Shown here one piece after another: positions 1 through 15,100 of a stretch of 64,000 nucleotides of DNA. The DNA lies in NCBI RefSeq assembly GCF_001949145.1, contig NW_019091362.1, positions 1,867,838 through 1,931,837 of the forward strand, given 5' to 3'. The notes below the pieces were generated by a model, which saw only the letters and a list, made by a program, of their open reading frames with translations, was not told the origin of the DNA and searched no databases. The DNA is from Acanthaster planci. Taxonomy: Eukaryota. The number at the start of each line of letters is the position of its first letter. Positions within the stretch are counted from its first letter, which is position 1. Position numbers and translations under genes: made by a program.

Positions 1-114
1 GCCCGGAGTTATCGGTGGCAGTGACCTCCGGGTAGGTGACCGAGGCAAACCCGACGCCTTCGTCTGTGGTCTGGTTCATGTTCCCTGGGCATTTAATGCT
101 TGGCTCCTGTACAT
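1..114 (-). CDS. Gene A exon: HYR domain N-terminal part (runs off window)
   Basis: Acceptor ttgcag, then (D)[37 protein letters not shown], matching the HYR pattern DxxPPxIxCP...A.V.W/Y.P.ATDNSG. Confidence 0.85.
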
Positions 115-3100
115 CTGCAAATGAATCATGCAGGAAATGAAGATCTGAAGGTGATTGATCAAACTTTTCAATTTCAGTTATGTTTTTGTTTCGCATGGTT
201 TCACATTGCAGGGGAGATGACTTTTTCTTTTAAGCTACATTTTTTAACTACTTCAAGGATGGATTTACACCGGGGAGATGTACATTGATTTGGGTTTTTC
301 GCCCTGCCTGACGTGTATTTAACACTGTACATTCAGTGTATGCCCCTGAAGGCTTGTGAAAAAACCACAAGCGTACTCAGGTGGGATTCGAACCCACGAC
401 CTCCTGCTTACTAGTGCAGACGTCTTAGCTACTCTACTACCGAGCTTGCCAGTGTCGGCTGGCTGGTTCAAATCAGATGTAGCAGCAGGTACCGCGAACA
501 ACTCTTTCATGGATAGATTTGCGCCGGGGAGATGTAAATTGATTTTGTTTTTTTTTTTAGTCCCAACCGAGTACGCTTGTGGTTTTTTCACAAGCCTTCG
601 GGGGCATACACTGAGAATACAGTGTTAAATACACGTTGGGCCGGGCAAAAAAACTAAAATCAATTTACATCTCCCAGGCAGAAATCCATCCTTGAAATAC
701 TTGTTTGTGGTACCCGCTGCTACATCCAATTCAAACCAGCCAGCCGACACCGACAAGCTCGGCAGTTGAGTGGTTAAGACATCTGCACTAGTAAGCAGGA
801 GGTTGTGTGTCCGAGTCCCACCCGAATATGCCTGTGGCTTTCACAAGCCTTTTGGGAGCATACACTGGGTATACAGAGTTAAATACATGTTGGGCAGGGC
901 AAAAAACCAAAATGAACTCATTTTTTTCCATGGAAGGAATATACGTTTACTATCTCAGGATGAGAACTTAAGCCCTTTATTTAAAGCCCAAAATCAAACA
1001 TGTTTTCACTTGGAAAGTATCTCCACTTTGCTCACTTAAGTTTCTTTGAGTTCTGAAGGTTTTCCTCTGCTTCACCTAAACTGAAATCTCAGGTAAGTTT
1101 TGGGGGAAAAAAAAGATTCTCCGGCATTTGGATCAAGTTGCTGAATAAAGACTAATGGCCTAGATTTTCAAATACTGGTATTTTCAGTGAGTTTGCTTTG
1201 CATTTTCATGATGGAAAATTTGGGTTTTGGGTTCATTCTTATAGCTTGGTTTATCATTAGTCTTATACAAAAGAGCTGGGCCTTATAACAAAAGACCGTA
1301 CTCAGAACAAAAGACCGAGCTGCTGGGAATTGCCAATTTTTTTTCAGTTGTCAATAGCGGAGGAAATCCATCATTGTTTTGAATGATTATACCACTGTTT
1401 GTAGCATTCAGCAGGAGCGGATTACCACCAGGGACAAAAGCGCTCTATGGATGAGCGACATGATACCGCTGCACGATCCGCATTTAAAAAGAGGCCAGCA
1501 GCGCACTGGGCTAGTTTCGGGAACAAAAGACAATTACGTAATACTGCACAATCTGGGCTCTCTTTACAAGGTGGCAGGACTGGCTGAAATGCTTGGGCGT
1601 CAATAGATGTTGTCTGTCAGATTAGAGTAGCCACCAGACAGTCATTCGTGTGGGCGTAAAGGTCCAGTAAATGAAGTTATGAATTTTTGAAGAATGTTGA
1701 AAACGGAAAATCTTGAAAATCCCCCGGGTATAAGTCATGCAACTTCAAAAATAAACCCGGCAGCATATCGTTAATAAACAAGGTTTGTAGTGAAATCCTA
1801 ATTTCTGCAAAACATCAGACCCTAAACTGGGTCACTATGCAGCCCTCTTCCATGAGTGTTTCATTAACGGAAAGTCCATCAAATGCAAGGCTTTTCACTG
1901 CAATGAGAACTACTTCTCAGTTGTAAGGAAAAAAATAAACTCCTTTGGTAACTTGCAGAGTATTAAAGGTGAGGTTTCCGGGCTCGTCGTCATTGCCACA
2001 CAGATCTACTATATTGACGTCCGAAGGTCAACAAACGTGACCGTTTCTTTGAGCTATTGTTATGCAGTTTCGGGTGTGATCCCGCTTTCTGAACAGGGCC
2101 AATGCGAACGCAGAAGTACCGGGGGAATGAGAACGATGGGCACGTTCCTCCTGTGCGCCAGCGTCGAAAAATATTTTTGTTTTTTCCCCTTAATAGCAGT
2201 TATGACTGTGGTGACCAGGTCTTGACTTTAACACTGGCATGCCTCAATGCACAGGTAGCAGTGCCCTCCAGTAAAAGCCATAATGCCTCTCACATTAAGT
2301 GAAATCTGCCAAATTGCCAATCTGCTATTATTGACTGTAGCTTCCATAAAGTTTGTGATCTTTCACCACAGTAAAATCAAGTAAAAAGGATACGGTTGAT
2401 CGGTGGTACTGAATATCGAATACTGTCAAGTAATACCGAGTACTGAATATACCTGCACATATGACAAAACATGCTCATCTCTGTGGGAACGTGTCCGCGG
2501 TCGGCTTTCCACAGCCATTATCGGACGGATGTCACGGACAAAAAAATACATTGTCATGCACTGGATGCATAGCCAACTTGTTCATTAACAAAACAATCAA
2601 GTTCAAGAATAACTCTCCCAAGACTGAAGTGCAGGTTCCTCTCCATTAACAAGTCAAATCCCTACGAGGAAATAATTGCTTTCCACCACGTTCTGAGGAC
2701 AGCAAGTGTATCCAAATCAGGCATATACAACACATATATGTGAATACTTTTACACTGCATGCTGGTTCCCATCCATCTTTACACTTCATTCAGCCAATCA
2801 CTGAACCCCTGATGCGTGGCACAAGTCCACATACACTGAGCATCATTAAAGATTTGTTCAAGTTAATCTGCCAAAGCCAATTTTTTGGTCTTGATTGTGC
2901 ATGTATTTTCCATTTTTCTTGGTCAGAGGACAAACCAGTGCCCACAGACCGGCCAAACTCTGCTTCTTCACACGTAAAACACAACAGTTACCTTCTAGTA
3001 CTTATCAACGTTCTAAATAAACAAAGGCTCACAACAAATTATCAATACAAAAAGAAAAAACATTTCCAAAAAACTTTTAGTTTTTCACATTTTATCTTCA

Positions 3101-6100
3101 AAAACAAAAAAAGAAAGAAAAAGAAGACATAACAGGCCTAGACATACATTGTAAAATTATGTTCAACTGCACTCATATGGTGTACATATGTGCAAAGGTG
3201 CTGTATGAGAAATCTATCTTTAGCACCCTTGAACTTGGCCAGAATGACCTAATTTTTTTTTATCAAAAGCACTCAAAGCCAACTGGCCTTGCCCCTTGAA
3301 AAGTTAAAGTTAAAGTTGAGGCCCAGGTGACTTTCAATCCCTCTTCAGTCAACAGGATGTTGTGACTAGCCAAATGAAACAGCCCCCTTGTACCCCAGCT
3401 TAAAAAATCATGAGTAAGCACTATGGTGTCTTCGCAATTTTGATGGGCCGGGTGTGGAAAGCATCCATCAGACTTTGTGTCACTTGAACTCAGAAAAAAC
3501 CTGCCTGACCGTTGTGTACGACATGGAATGTACCTTCCTCGCAGTTTTTTCCTGAATAGCCCTCCATGCAATAGCAGCCGTAGTCATTGCTGCCTATACC
3601 GTAACAGTAAGCTCCGTTCTGGCATGGGTCGTCATCGCAAGGCCCTGTGTAAAGGAAAAATTGAAAGTGCATGTATGTGCAAGAATGCTCAGTTCAAAAC
3701 AGTACCGAAACTTGGGGCTAACTTGTAGGAAAATGAAACATCCATAAAACGATCACCTGAGGTTTTGAGGGTTCCAGCATCTGTGGTGTTTGTATATTCA
3801 CCTATAAAAGGCACTCCCTTAAAATAATAAAGTTTGTTTTCTTCTTTTCTGTAACAACTTTTACCTGTAAAACACTGTACATTCAGTATTTTCCAGATTT
3901 TAAAAGAAGTTAAAGGAAAATACCGAGATAAGGAAAATCTTATGAAGAAAATGGCCAACAGGGTTTTGTGACTTGCTGAAGTGCACGCAGCAATCACGTT
4001 AAGACACACATCAGATATAAATGGTACAGACTGTATCACAGAGTTGTCAATCTCATAAAGACCAATCCTGGGACAATTATCCAACCTCGGATGGGTTTTT
4101 TTATCACAAAATCAGGAAAAAGACCAGCTGGAGTAAAATTGTTTCTTGTCTTGGCTTTTCTCCAGGGAAAAAAATTTTTTCCCAGATGGCAAAAAATCTC
4201 CAAAATGGGTTTTGAATGAACATGTACCACGTAGCAAAATGTTTTTGGATTGAAACAAATAAATATTAAAATATGAGTAAATATTAAAAAAAAACCAAAA
4301 TGACCACGCAAACTGAAAATGAGGAGGTGAGGAGACAGAAAAAATGAAGGCTGAAGACATGAAACTTGAGTTTTTTCCCAATGTTTTGTTCCTTTCTCTT
4401 GATTTGATCAATGAGAGAAAAACAGCCTATGACGGGAAGTGATAATTACACCTACAGACAAAATCACGTACACAGTGACCCGGGAAAAGGGAGGCAACGG
4501 TCATGTTGGGTACGGTATCCCTCCAGCAAACTTTTGTTTCAAAAGAAAAATAATAAAAGGCGGGTTTGTGTTCTATTCCTTCCAAACGTGTGTAAAATGT
4601 TAGCCCTCCCCTACAAAAACCTTGGCCTTTTTGAAAATTTGGTTTTTAAATAGTCCTCGCATTTTTACTGTACAGACATGATAGACCTCTGTCATAGGGC
4701 GGCCATCTTGCTTTTCTACATAGAACCAAACTTAGGGTGGAAGGAAACTACTCCGTCCCCTTTTATCAATATGTCAGGTGTCTTACTACTGCCCGACTGC
4801 CAGTGGAGATACAGGGAACAAGACGAACATGGCGGCATTATGATAACTGCCCAGAAATCTCTCAGTGAGGAGATTGGGAGATGACCAACCTGGTGTGCAG
4901 GTGCACGTTTCACACTGGTACTCGTTCTTCTCATGTCCATGCTTGCAAGTTTCCGTGCAAGAAGATAGGGGATCGCAAGGCGAGTCTAAAATCAGGAAAC
5001 AAAGAAATAAATCAGAACTTTCAAAGTCTCCTCCGTACAGGGTGAACCACCAGTTCTATGATTTGAGCAAAGTTGAAATGCAAAGTCTAGTTGTCTGCGT
5101 GTGTTGACATCCTCCACTTTATGTAAAATTTCACAATAAATAAAAAGGGAAAAGATTACGCAGTGGTTATTGTTGCATGAGTTTAAATAGGCTTCTGTCT
5201 ACTTTTTTGCATCAGTTGGGTGCACTGGAAACAGGAACCAGACCAGCATGGATCTCAGACTTAATGTCCCTTGAAAAATCCTCCAGAGGTATAAATCTAC
5301 CAAAAAAGACGAAAAACTTGTACAGAAAGTAAAGATACGATCTGAGAAAAAGAAAATGATGGGAAAAAAATCGGGTCGGAAGTGGGGCTCGAGCCCAGCA
5401 TGTGTGCTTCATACAGCAGCGAGGTACCTACTTTGTTACTGCAGTGCTACGATGGTAAGAGGTAATTAAATGATAATTGTGCACTAGTGTAACTACAGAA
5501 TTTGTGTACAAAAAGTTGCGTTACAGTTTAGCCTACTGCAACAATAGCCACTTTGACAAGATTTTACATGTAGTTATACTGGTCTGATTTCTGTGTGTTT
5601 GCTTCAGAATGGCCGTGCAACTGTGGCAAGAAAAGTAGGCCTCCTGCTAAACAGCAACCAACCTGTAACCTAGTCCGAGTGACTTGGATTCTATAAATTG
5701 CCATTTTAAATATTTAGACATGGTCGGGTGATTTACTGTAGCTTGGCCAAGTCCAAATGTTAAAAAAGGTGATTCGTTGAGTTCAAGTTCACTAGAGTTA
5801 CTTGGACTACCTGCAAAATGTGTAAGTAGGCCCACAGTGCAGTGCACATGCAACACTCAGCGGCACTGTATTTATGACAAACTACTTTGGGCCCAGCTGG
5901 TCGATACAGTCTTGATCTCAGACTATCCTCTGATTCATAGAGTTTTCGTTAGCCAGCATGAATATCAAGAATCATTGCGTTCAGTATGAGTTCACTACAC
6001 GAAGATCCTACATGTGAATAACTTTAGAACATTGGTGAACATTGGGTCTACATGGTCTATGGTTCACTCACTGATCTCCTTTACACATGTAAGGATCAAT

Positions 6101-9100
6101 GGTTCATTCTTTGATCTCCATTACACAAGTAATTAAGGCACTGAAAGAGAGAGATCCAGCCACAGGATCAATGCGGGTCACGAGTCGTACATGAGCATGC
6201 GATCGAACACGTGCGAGCGCGCAGGGTAGAAATAACGGGCGCCCCCAAGAGGTTATTTTCACACACAGTTTGGCGTCTTCTATTTCTTGAATTAAAAAAA
6301 TTTTAAACCAACTGAAGTACGGATGCTCGATTATTTCTGTCGCACTTAGTTAACCGTGGTCTATCAGGCTTGTAGGTTTGGACCGGCATGCGCAATATGT
6401 GGCAAAAGGCCTTACCTTCCGCTTGTCACAAACTACTCTTACCCCGCGCTATAGCAAAATACAACGCGTTTTTCACCAATAGACAAAAGTCCCATGAATT
6501 TTAGCGTTTCACAAAGACGTGAATTTGTTTGTCTACAAAATAAAGAATTTTATTCATTAAATATGTTTTGGAAGCTTTGTGTCATTTAAGATCCCCTCTT
6601 TCTTGTAATAGCATTTGTTACGTCAAAGGAATGCTCAATACTGGGAAAATAACTGTTCAAAACAGAAACTAGTAGGTTTTACTCTCTGGTATGAAATTCG
6701 CCTCTTCGTGAAAATGTTGACGAAGTTTGGAAGAACTTGAAAATGCTTCTCAGCTGTGGACCCTCAAAGCATTATGGGTCACTTTCTGTGGGCCTATCCA
6801 TGCATACAAGCAGTGCGCACGTGTCAGACCGTAAGCATTTCCGCCCTTTGAAGAGCTTTAAAACTATCGTGCCGTATGTGGGTACAAACCAAAGCAGAAT
6901 TCACAAAGTATCACAAAATATCGTGTTAATCTGAAAACAATGATATCAGGTTAACACTGATGAAGCAAAAATGCATGCACTTGAGGCAGAAGTTGTTGCT
7001 ACCTATAAGGTGGTGAGCTTTCCACAATTTTTGCCACCCACGCAAAATGGCAAAAAAACTATTTGTGAACAAAACCAAACAAACCGTTTTGAATTACTAG
7101 ATGTATACCCAACGGGGTCAAGAGTTCATTTGATTTGCATCACAAATTATTGGAAGTGTTTACAGCAACGTGCATCCGAGTACATCACATAATTTTGATC
7201 TTTAAGTACGTTCGAAGAAACAGACGTCAAAACCCACACTGCGGACCATTCTTCCGCGACTAAAGACAACTTGTCACTTTGAACATCTCTTCTGAATCAT
7301 ATCAAACAACACCGTCAACTTCGACCATAATAGTTTGCATTGCATTGTTGGACACTAACTAACAAGCTTGCGATTTTTTTCCCGTACTATTTTTTTTTCG
7401 CCCAACGCCGTCTTTTCCGTAATTTAATTATGGCAACAGAATTCAATGATCTCTTAATTCATTCACACTATGGAGCTGTTAAACTTATACAGACTCTTCA
7501 TCTGTCCTTATGAAAAAAATTCTCCAGACTATCTTCTTTTCATTACCTTAACCAGCTTCTCGATAGCACTTTGAAAAATATGATGACAAAGATAGCATGG
7601 ATAGGAACAAATCTCCAACTCTTCAGTGACAAAGTGAGCTTTTAAATCAATAAGCCTTGAAAACGTGCTGATCTTCCGAAAATATTTCTTGATACCTAAT
7701 CAAGCGCACAGAAGTAGTGTACGACAATTACGTTATGTATTTTGTAATGTTCATTTATATTATTAGTGACATCTTGCATTCAGTACTCTGCGCCAACAGT
7801 GAGTATTTGTCATGGGAAAAGAGTGACCGACTTGGCCACTTCAGGACCCAGTAAGCATGAAGTGTTATCTAACCCTGGGATAGAGTTGACTTTGACCATG
7901 ATGTTTTCACCTATTTGACCTGTTCCAGAAAAAATCGTACTTACAAAGATTGATTGAATTGTACCGTTTTAATTGTAACACACGATTTAATTGTAGCGTC
8001 TCAGCGTTAGGTGCTCAGCATGATAAAAATTTGAGAGTCTAGCTTTTAGAGGCGATGATTTCAAATGTATTTTTTCTAAGGCAAATTTACACCGAGCCAT
8101 TGGGGGATCTGTTGAAAATGTCATTTCTAACGTGAACTTTTGCCAATGTTGATTTCACCAGAATGGTTTCTCAATGTTTGCAACAAATAATGCACAAATT
8201 ATTTGAGATTTGCTGCATGATTTTTGCCTTACTTGCCGTGTTAACTCGTGCGTGCATGCGTAACTGTTACTGTTTAACACTCGCATTAGCTTGAGGTTTT
8301 AGATATTTCACAATCAGGTTCGTATGTGTGACGTCACTTCAGCTTAAACCACACCCACTCCACAAGAACTGCACACTGAGCTAATCGCCTCTTACATGGA
8401 ACTGTGGAACCGGAGCTCAACGCGCAACTTCAGCGATCGTCCAATGGGAGCCTGCAAATGATGGCGCGTCCGCGTGTATGACGAAGCCACTTACGAACCG
8501 GATAAGAAAAATAGACCGTTATTCGCGAGTCCTGAAGACCACCAATAGGTGCTGTCAACTGTCAGCAAGACGACTACCAAAGGACACGGGTCACTTTGGT
8601 GCCAATGTTTAGACAATCATCTCGGCATGCTACAATGAAATAAGCAAATAAAGTCCTTGAAAATAATAACCGTTGATTTCCATGGCACCCACCTTTGCAG
8701 TCACAAGTTTGACAACCATTACTGTCCGTTTTGAAGCCAAAGGCGCAGGTCGTATCGCCACAGTCGACGTTCCTACAGTCCCCTTTAGCAGCAAAAATGG
8801 GTGCATATTCAAGTTTTTGTCTATAAGTAATGTGTAATCTTATCTAATATCAGAATAATTTGTGACCTACGAACATCTGGTGACTAAAATTTACTGTTCA
8901 CAATTCGCATTAAGATAAAAAAACAAACCAAAACCACCCCCCAAAAAAGAAAGAAGAAACAAGGACAGTTTTCTTACCAGATGACCAATTACAACATTCG
9001 ATGTCTTACAAGTGTACCGATTATTAATGTGAAAGTTTGTTCTAATTCTTGAAAAGGGATGCCGTCATACTGCGGGCCTTTTTCGGCAAGAATAAAATTG

Positions 9101-12100
9101 AAGTAAACTGTTATTTTGTCGCATCTTTCACATCAACATTTATTGACGCTGCTTGGAGCTGGAACACCAGCAAGAATCTCTACAGTGAGTCTACTTAAAC
9201 AAAGTAGGTAACGATGTTAATCTTACTTGGTTGTTTAGTGGTCGTCCCTCCCAGTTCTGAAGAAAAAACAGAGAGACCAAAATCAAAAGCAGTAGTTAAA
9301 AAGTCAGTGTAGACAGTAGTACATGGCATGGAGATGGATTGGGATAAAGAATTTACAAACAAACTTGGGGCGTGGAAAGAAGCAAAAGGCCGGTCCTTGA
9401 AAACAGGTGATACTTTTCAACGCAGATCGAGCTACTATAAAACCCCCTAAAGGCTCAACTCCTGGAAGAGTTTCAATGCCGCTGTATCTTAAAAATATGT
9501 TGGGGGTGCGGATTCTGCCCAGCTCTTTTATGGATTAAGGGTGGGTACTTCGTAAACAGTTGAAAATTGCACGTGTGCGTAATGGCGGTTCAAATTAAAA
9601 ACAAAAGAATTAGATTTTCACTGCTACTAAAAGGGCCTGTAACGGTCATTTGTGATCGCAGCTCAGCTTTTAAAATTCAGAATTTTGGTATGGACATGAA
9701 AACCAACCCAGATGGGATCCAAGACGGAAGCCTATTTGCGACGGTATTGCACTAGAGGGTTCTCGTCTTGAATTCCGTTTGCAGTTGGGCTGCAAGCACC
9801 AAATGGGATGATGTGTTAACAGGTGTGGGAAGTCAGATCAGCTGTTTGGTATTTCTTGTTTTTTTTTGCCAAATATTTACAAAGCACGTGGCCACTGAAT
9901 GATAAAGATGCAACAATTCCCAAAATGAACTCACCTGAGCCTGAGCCTTGGCCTGAAAAGAGACAAAATGCCGTAATTGATTGTTAGTAGTTTGTACTAC
10001 AAATAAAACGATGATTACGGATAGATGCCTCTCTTGAACCTACTGATGGTGAACTTAATTTGATGACGGTTTAGTTAGTTAATCAAACTCATAAATCCGC
10101 GGTAGTGTGGGGGACGGAATGCACCGTTCGAGAACAACCAAAATGACATCGTTACTGCACTGACAGGCGAGTCGCCCCCAGTGTGTAGTGACGATGTTAT
10201 TTTGGTTGTTCTTCAATAGTGCTTTCCGTGGAGGACAGGATAGCACTGCTATATACCCTGAGCTATACTTACTGACACACTCGTCAGCAAAACGGAAGTC
10301 TCCAAACAGCCCAATGTTGGTACTGCCGGTGGCAAAACCCACGTACCGAGGGTTGAAGGTCTCACCAGATGGTACTTGGTACTCCAAATAGGGGGCGCTA
10401 TCACCTGCTCGTCCTAGTTTGATCCTATCCGACGGAAGGTGAGAAACTTTGAGTGTACATGTCATAGAACAAAGGAGCTAAAGCTCTCTGCTGCCATCAG
10501 TTCGAAGTCAAATACCGATACAGGGATAAGGTACTGATTCAGAAGCAAATGCCGGCATCAGGAAGAAAACAACTACCATGGAGGCGTGCGATCGACAACT
10601 ATCGGGAAAATGTATGACGCCTGTCCGGAAAGAGTGAAGTGTGAAACGTCCGTCGGGAAAGCGTGTGGGTCAGGATGGTGCGTCGTGGGGTAATCCTACA
10701 AGGTACATTCGTTGTACTTGTGGGGTACTAAAACGGTACTCCACAATATTTTCACGAAACTGATATTTGGAACTGACCAAAAAAGAATTTTTGTCGCAAA
10801 TCTGTTGCAAGTGTTTCTTTTATTTAAAGGGACATTCAGTCAAAATTTCGGCCGAGGAAAATGATTCGGGGCCAAATGGAAGCAATTAGGAACCTAGGTT
10901 TCATACGCTTATGCTTGTTGTTACTACACGTGTGCAGTACCTAGACTTGTTTTTGGAACACAACAAAACTGAGCTAAGACATTTGCCTGTAAGGATTTGG
11001 TAGACCATTGAGAGGATGCAAGGAAAATTCAGGAAGCAAACTGAAACCCAACTAAATGCCTCACATTGTTATAACTACGCATAACAGTCAACACAAGTCA
11101 AACATGGCCGAAGAACAACCCGAGCTATATCCAGCACGTTATGTGGCAAAGGAGGACCCCCCCTAATGTGATGCGCAAGTTATATACCCTAAGGCCTACT
11201 TAAACCCCCCTGAAAATCTGAAAGAAATTCCAAAGATTCCTTCAACACAAAAGAAGACACAATAGAGTGGGGCCCTTTAATTGCCACATATCGTGCATCA
11301 AATGACCCGAGCTTGATGTAATTGACCAACCAGATTATTCTCCGTATCCTGAAGATGGACAGACCACTGTCCGAAAGATATCCGGCACGATATGTGGGAA
11401 GGAGGGACCCCCCAATGTGATGCACAAGCAGTATACCCTATGGCCATTGTGCCTACTGCACCCCCCTCGGAAATCTGAAAGGAACTGCAAAGATTTCATC
11501 AATACAAAAGAAGACGCAATAGAGGAGGGGTTCCCCCTTTGCCACATATCTTGCATCATATGGTCCGAAACGTTCAGTAAACCGGCTCTTTTCAGAGCCA
11601 CACCTAGCTGTCTCACATACGAGATTTGTCATGCTTCATGGGACGTGCCATGTACTGCAAACCACTGCCTTACGTAACATATGAAGCAAGGTATGAGACG
11701 GAGAGAACCCCCTCTGCTTTGTGTTGGTCATTGTTTTACAGGTATCTGAGGAATTCTTTTCAGACATCTAGGGGGGGATGTGTCAGGTAATAATAGTCTT
11801 GAGTATGTATAGCAATTGGACATGTGGGGGGGTACCCCTCGGTCTCATTTCTTGCTGGATATATTACGTACACCCACCATGCCACTATACCAAGAAGGCG
11901 AAAGGTGGTACCGTCGACTTACGTGTCGCTCTGAAAACAGATCCAGTAGCCATTCATGCAGTGATCCATGCAGCGCAGTTCACTCTCGCGGAAAGGGCTT
12001 TCGTCTGCGACTGAGTGCGATACCAGTACGGAACCATCGTACCTCTTGATAGTGGTCAGCAGGTTGTTTTGCCCGATAGCTGGTAAAAGAACGAGCCAAA

Positions 12101-15100
12101 TGGGCGCATTGTCACAAACTGAAAAAAAATCTACAAAATTGCCAGAGCCATGAAATCCAAATTGATCATTCATACATGCACAAGGAACAGTCGGGGTACA
12201 TTTTCTGAACTAAATGTTATTTAAGTTGCATGGCTGTTAAACTAGATTTTCACCGGACATTTGCCAAAAACTGGCAGCCGAGTTTTGAGTTAAGCCAATT
12301 ATCACTTTTAGAAAACAAACAAAAGCAAACCAGCCCCCCTTGCACCAGGTCAGTAAATCGGCTCGTCAGCATGGATACCACCAGACAATCGTAAGTCATA
12401 GTCTATAATGCCGAACAATCGGCCCCGCCTCAGCATTCAAGTGTAAATTCAAGCGGTGACTACAAAGTTGACCACTGTTCGATGAGTGGGCAGTTGGAAT
12501 GTCCAGTCCACCATCTAGCACTAGCCCTTGGAGCGTAGTTGCCCGGTGCAGAGCCAGGTATTTCATGTGTGGGTGGTGGTGGTGGGGGGGGGGTGGAAAG
12601 CTTATATTCGTGCTAAGTGGGTTTCAACAATGCGTCCATTTATCTAGTGTTCTGATTTTTTTTCTAGTCGCACACATGTACATAGTCTAGATTATTTTGA
12701 TGATCGCGTCTTTCGTTGTGTGCAATGCGAATCGCGCACAACACGCACAGCTGAGGAGGCAGACTTTAGGCACCTTTCCATATGTACGTAACACTTCTAC
12801 CAAGCGTTGCGTACCAGTTAAAATTACTCCCGGGCGATTTTGACGGCCAAATGCAACGTACACGTGTGTTATCTTGATGGAGTCGATGTTGGTGTCTGTG
12901 AATTAACGGAAACGCATGAACGCAACATGTCAAAAAAACCGTACACATGTGCGTGTTTTTCGTGCGATGTGTACACAATTTATGCATGCGTTTCACTTTC
13001 ACTGACACAAAAATCAACGACGTATCTGAGCACACGCCCCTATACGCGGTGCATGCGCATTACGAACGGCCGCCAAGATCGCCCTGAGAGTGATTCTGAC
13101 AGATACGCAGCGCTTGGCGCAAGCGTAGTAACCCACCAACCGTCCTCAAGATGATTGATGGTATTAAAGCCCTACTCTCTCTTTTCTAGTTTGGAAGATT
13201 TCATGGTTCCACCAAGCGTTTTCGTTTTGGGTTGAAATGAAATCTTGTTCTGAGAGCTGCAGTTGCAGGACCAGGAAAGGGCGCAATTTTCCTACCAACG
13301 CAGACTCCTTTTTTAGGAATTTCACGTGCGTTCGATTAGCTTACACGTGTAAGTCAAACTTACACGAGAGCGTTCGTTTAGCCATCACGTGACCTTCGTG
13401 TCTGCCCTGGTGCCAGCTACCACTACCCCGGCTGGCAATCGGGCCCGGTCTCTGGAAGCTAGCTACCCGATTGTAATGACGTCACGGATGGACTGTTCGA
13501 GCATGGACATGATGGAACGTGGCGGGGGGTGACCTTTTTCCCAGAATACCTTGGCCAATACACAGCAGCGTTCGATTAGCCTCATTTAGTTACGTGTAAC
13601 ACTGGTGTATATTCAGGGAAGCTAATCGAACGCACCCCACGAGATGCATGCGTTGCGTGCACGTCAATACCAACAAAACACTCCCAACCAGCACGGCTCT
13701 TTTCATCCGATGAGAGGGTACATCTGCTGAAGGTAGAGAGACGCCTGTAAATTCTACGGGCTGCTTTTTCCTTTTCCTGAGTTGCTAACCAAATTCGTAC
13801 GCATACATTACGTATAGTTATCATGAAAAGGTGAGTCACGTGCTTAAAACGCATTGTGAGCGCAACATACACGCGGCGCACATAACACGCAAAGAAAATG
13901 TGCATACGGAAAGGCAACTTCGACTCCATGGGCTGTTTGCGCGGTCTTTGAACCAACATGTCGCGGCAAGATCGTACCCACGGGAACGGGGTCAATGCAA
14001 AGGCGTCTTTTAACACGCACGCCGCGCGTAATATTTCGGGATCTGGTTGCATATTTGGCGTGGTCTAGCTTGCATATCAGGGAATACAGAGGAGACTGGA
14101 AGACCAGCCGGCTTCAGAGGATGAACAAGTTTGGTATCCCAAAAGCGCATGCTCAGCACGCGCTAAAGGAGGGTACTTCCATTCGCTCTCTGCACGCTGT
14201 CGCCATAGGTATGCAGAGCCTCGATCTGGCAGCTTTAGGCGGTTCAGTGATTCCTGTGTCTGTCGCTTATGTAATTTTGGGCGTGCTGCGTTAGTTCTTA
14301 TACCATGCGATTGGAGAAAGCGAATCTGACGCAATTGTGCAATTAAGCTGCCAGTTTGAGGGTCTGCATGGCTCTGGCAAATAGAGCAAACAGAGCTACT
14401 GCGCCAATTTCTCCTTCTCCGAGCGGAGAAAATTTAACACCACTTGGGGCGCAGACACTTTGAACCCATGTGCGTGTTTGTAGAACATTCGAAATAAGAA
14501 TGAATATCAAATTATGCACTCTAAATGCAAAAGCACTTTTGGTACATACTCAGAACAAAATGATACGCTCATTTAGGTTTGCGCACAAACATAGATGTGC
14601 CAAGTAGGAGTCACTTTATACATGCATCAGCGCTCTCTTTTTATATCTCAATGGATACTACCAACTTCACAGATACACGCATTGTATCATTATCTATTAC
14701 TATTACTACTGAAGGCGCCTTTCCGTATGCCTGTCAACATCTGCGGCAAGCGTTGCCCTTTGGACGGCCGAATGCAACGCACACGTGTGTTATGTTAGTG
14801 GAGTCGATTTTTTGTCTCCGTGAAAGTGAAACGCGTTGACGCATCGTGTACGCAACCCAACCTAAAACGTACATAAAGGCGCCTTTACCCTAAAACCAAT
14901 CCAAGGCACTCGCACGGCCGTCCGCACGTACGTACGTGCTGCGTACAAAATGGGGATTCAGTGCGCATCGTTCGGGTCGCTAAAAGTTTGCCTGTCCTCA
15001 AATTTCCCAAGAATATTTTTGAATGATGCTCTCTGATGCCATCATTCTCCACTGCATCCGGTATTTTGGAAAGAAATATCTTCACCAGTATAAGAGAATT

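Noticed and set aside
374..445. Functional tRNA-Thr(AGT) gene
   Set aside because: 8-nt anticodon loop, unpaired D arm, and embedded in a tandem repeat with a more decayed second copy; treated as tRNA-derived repeat
1538..1614. Possible extra Gene A exon ([25 protein letters not shown])
   Set aside because: Open only in phase 0; the required phase-1 frame hits a stop
2000..2150. Possible exon starting [13 protein letters not shown]
   Set aside because: Weak acceptor, no convincing in-phase donor, no domain pattern
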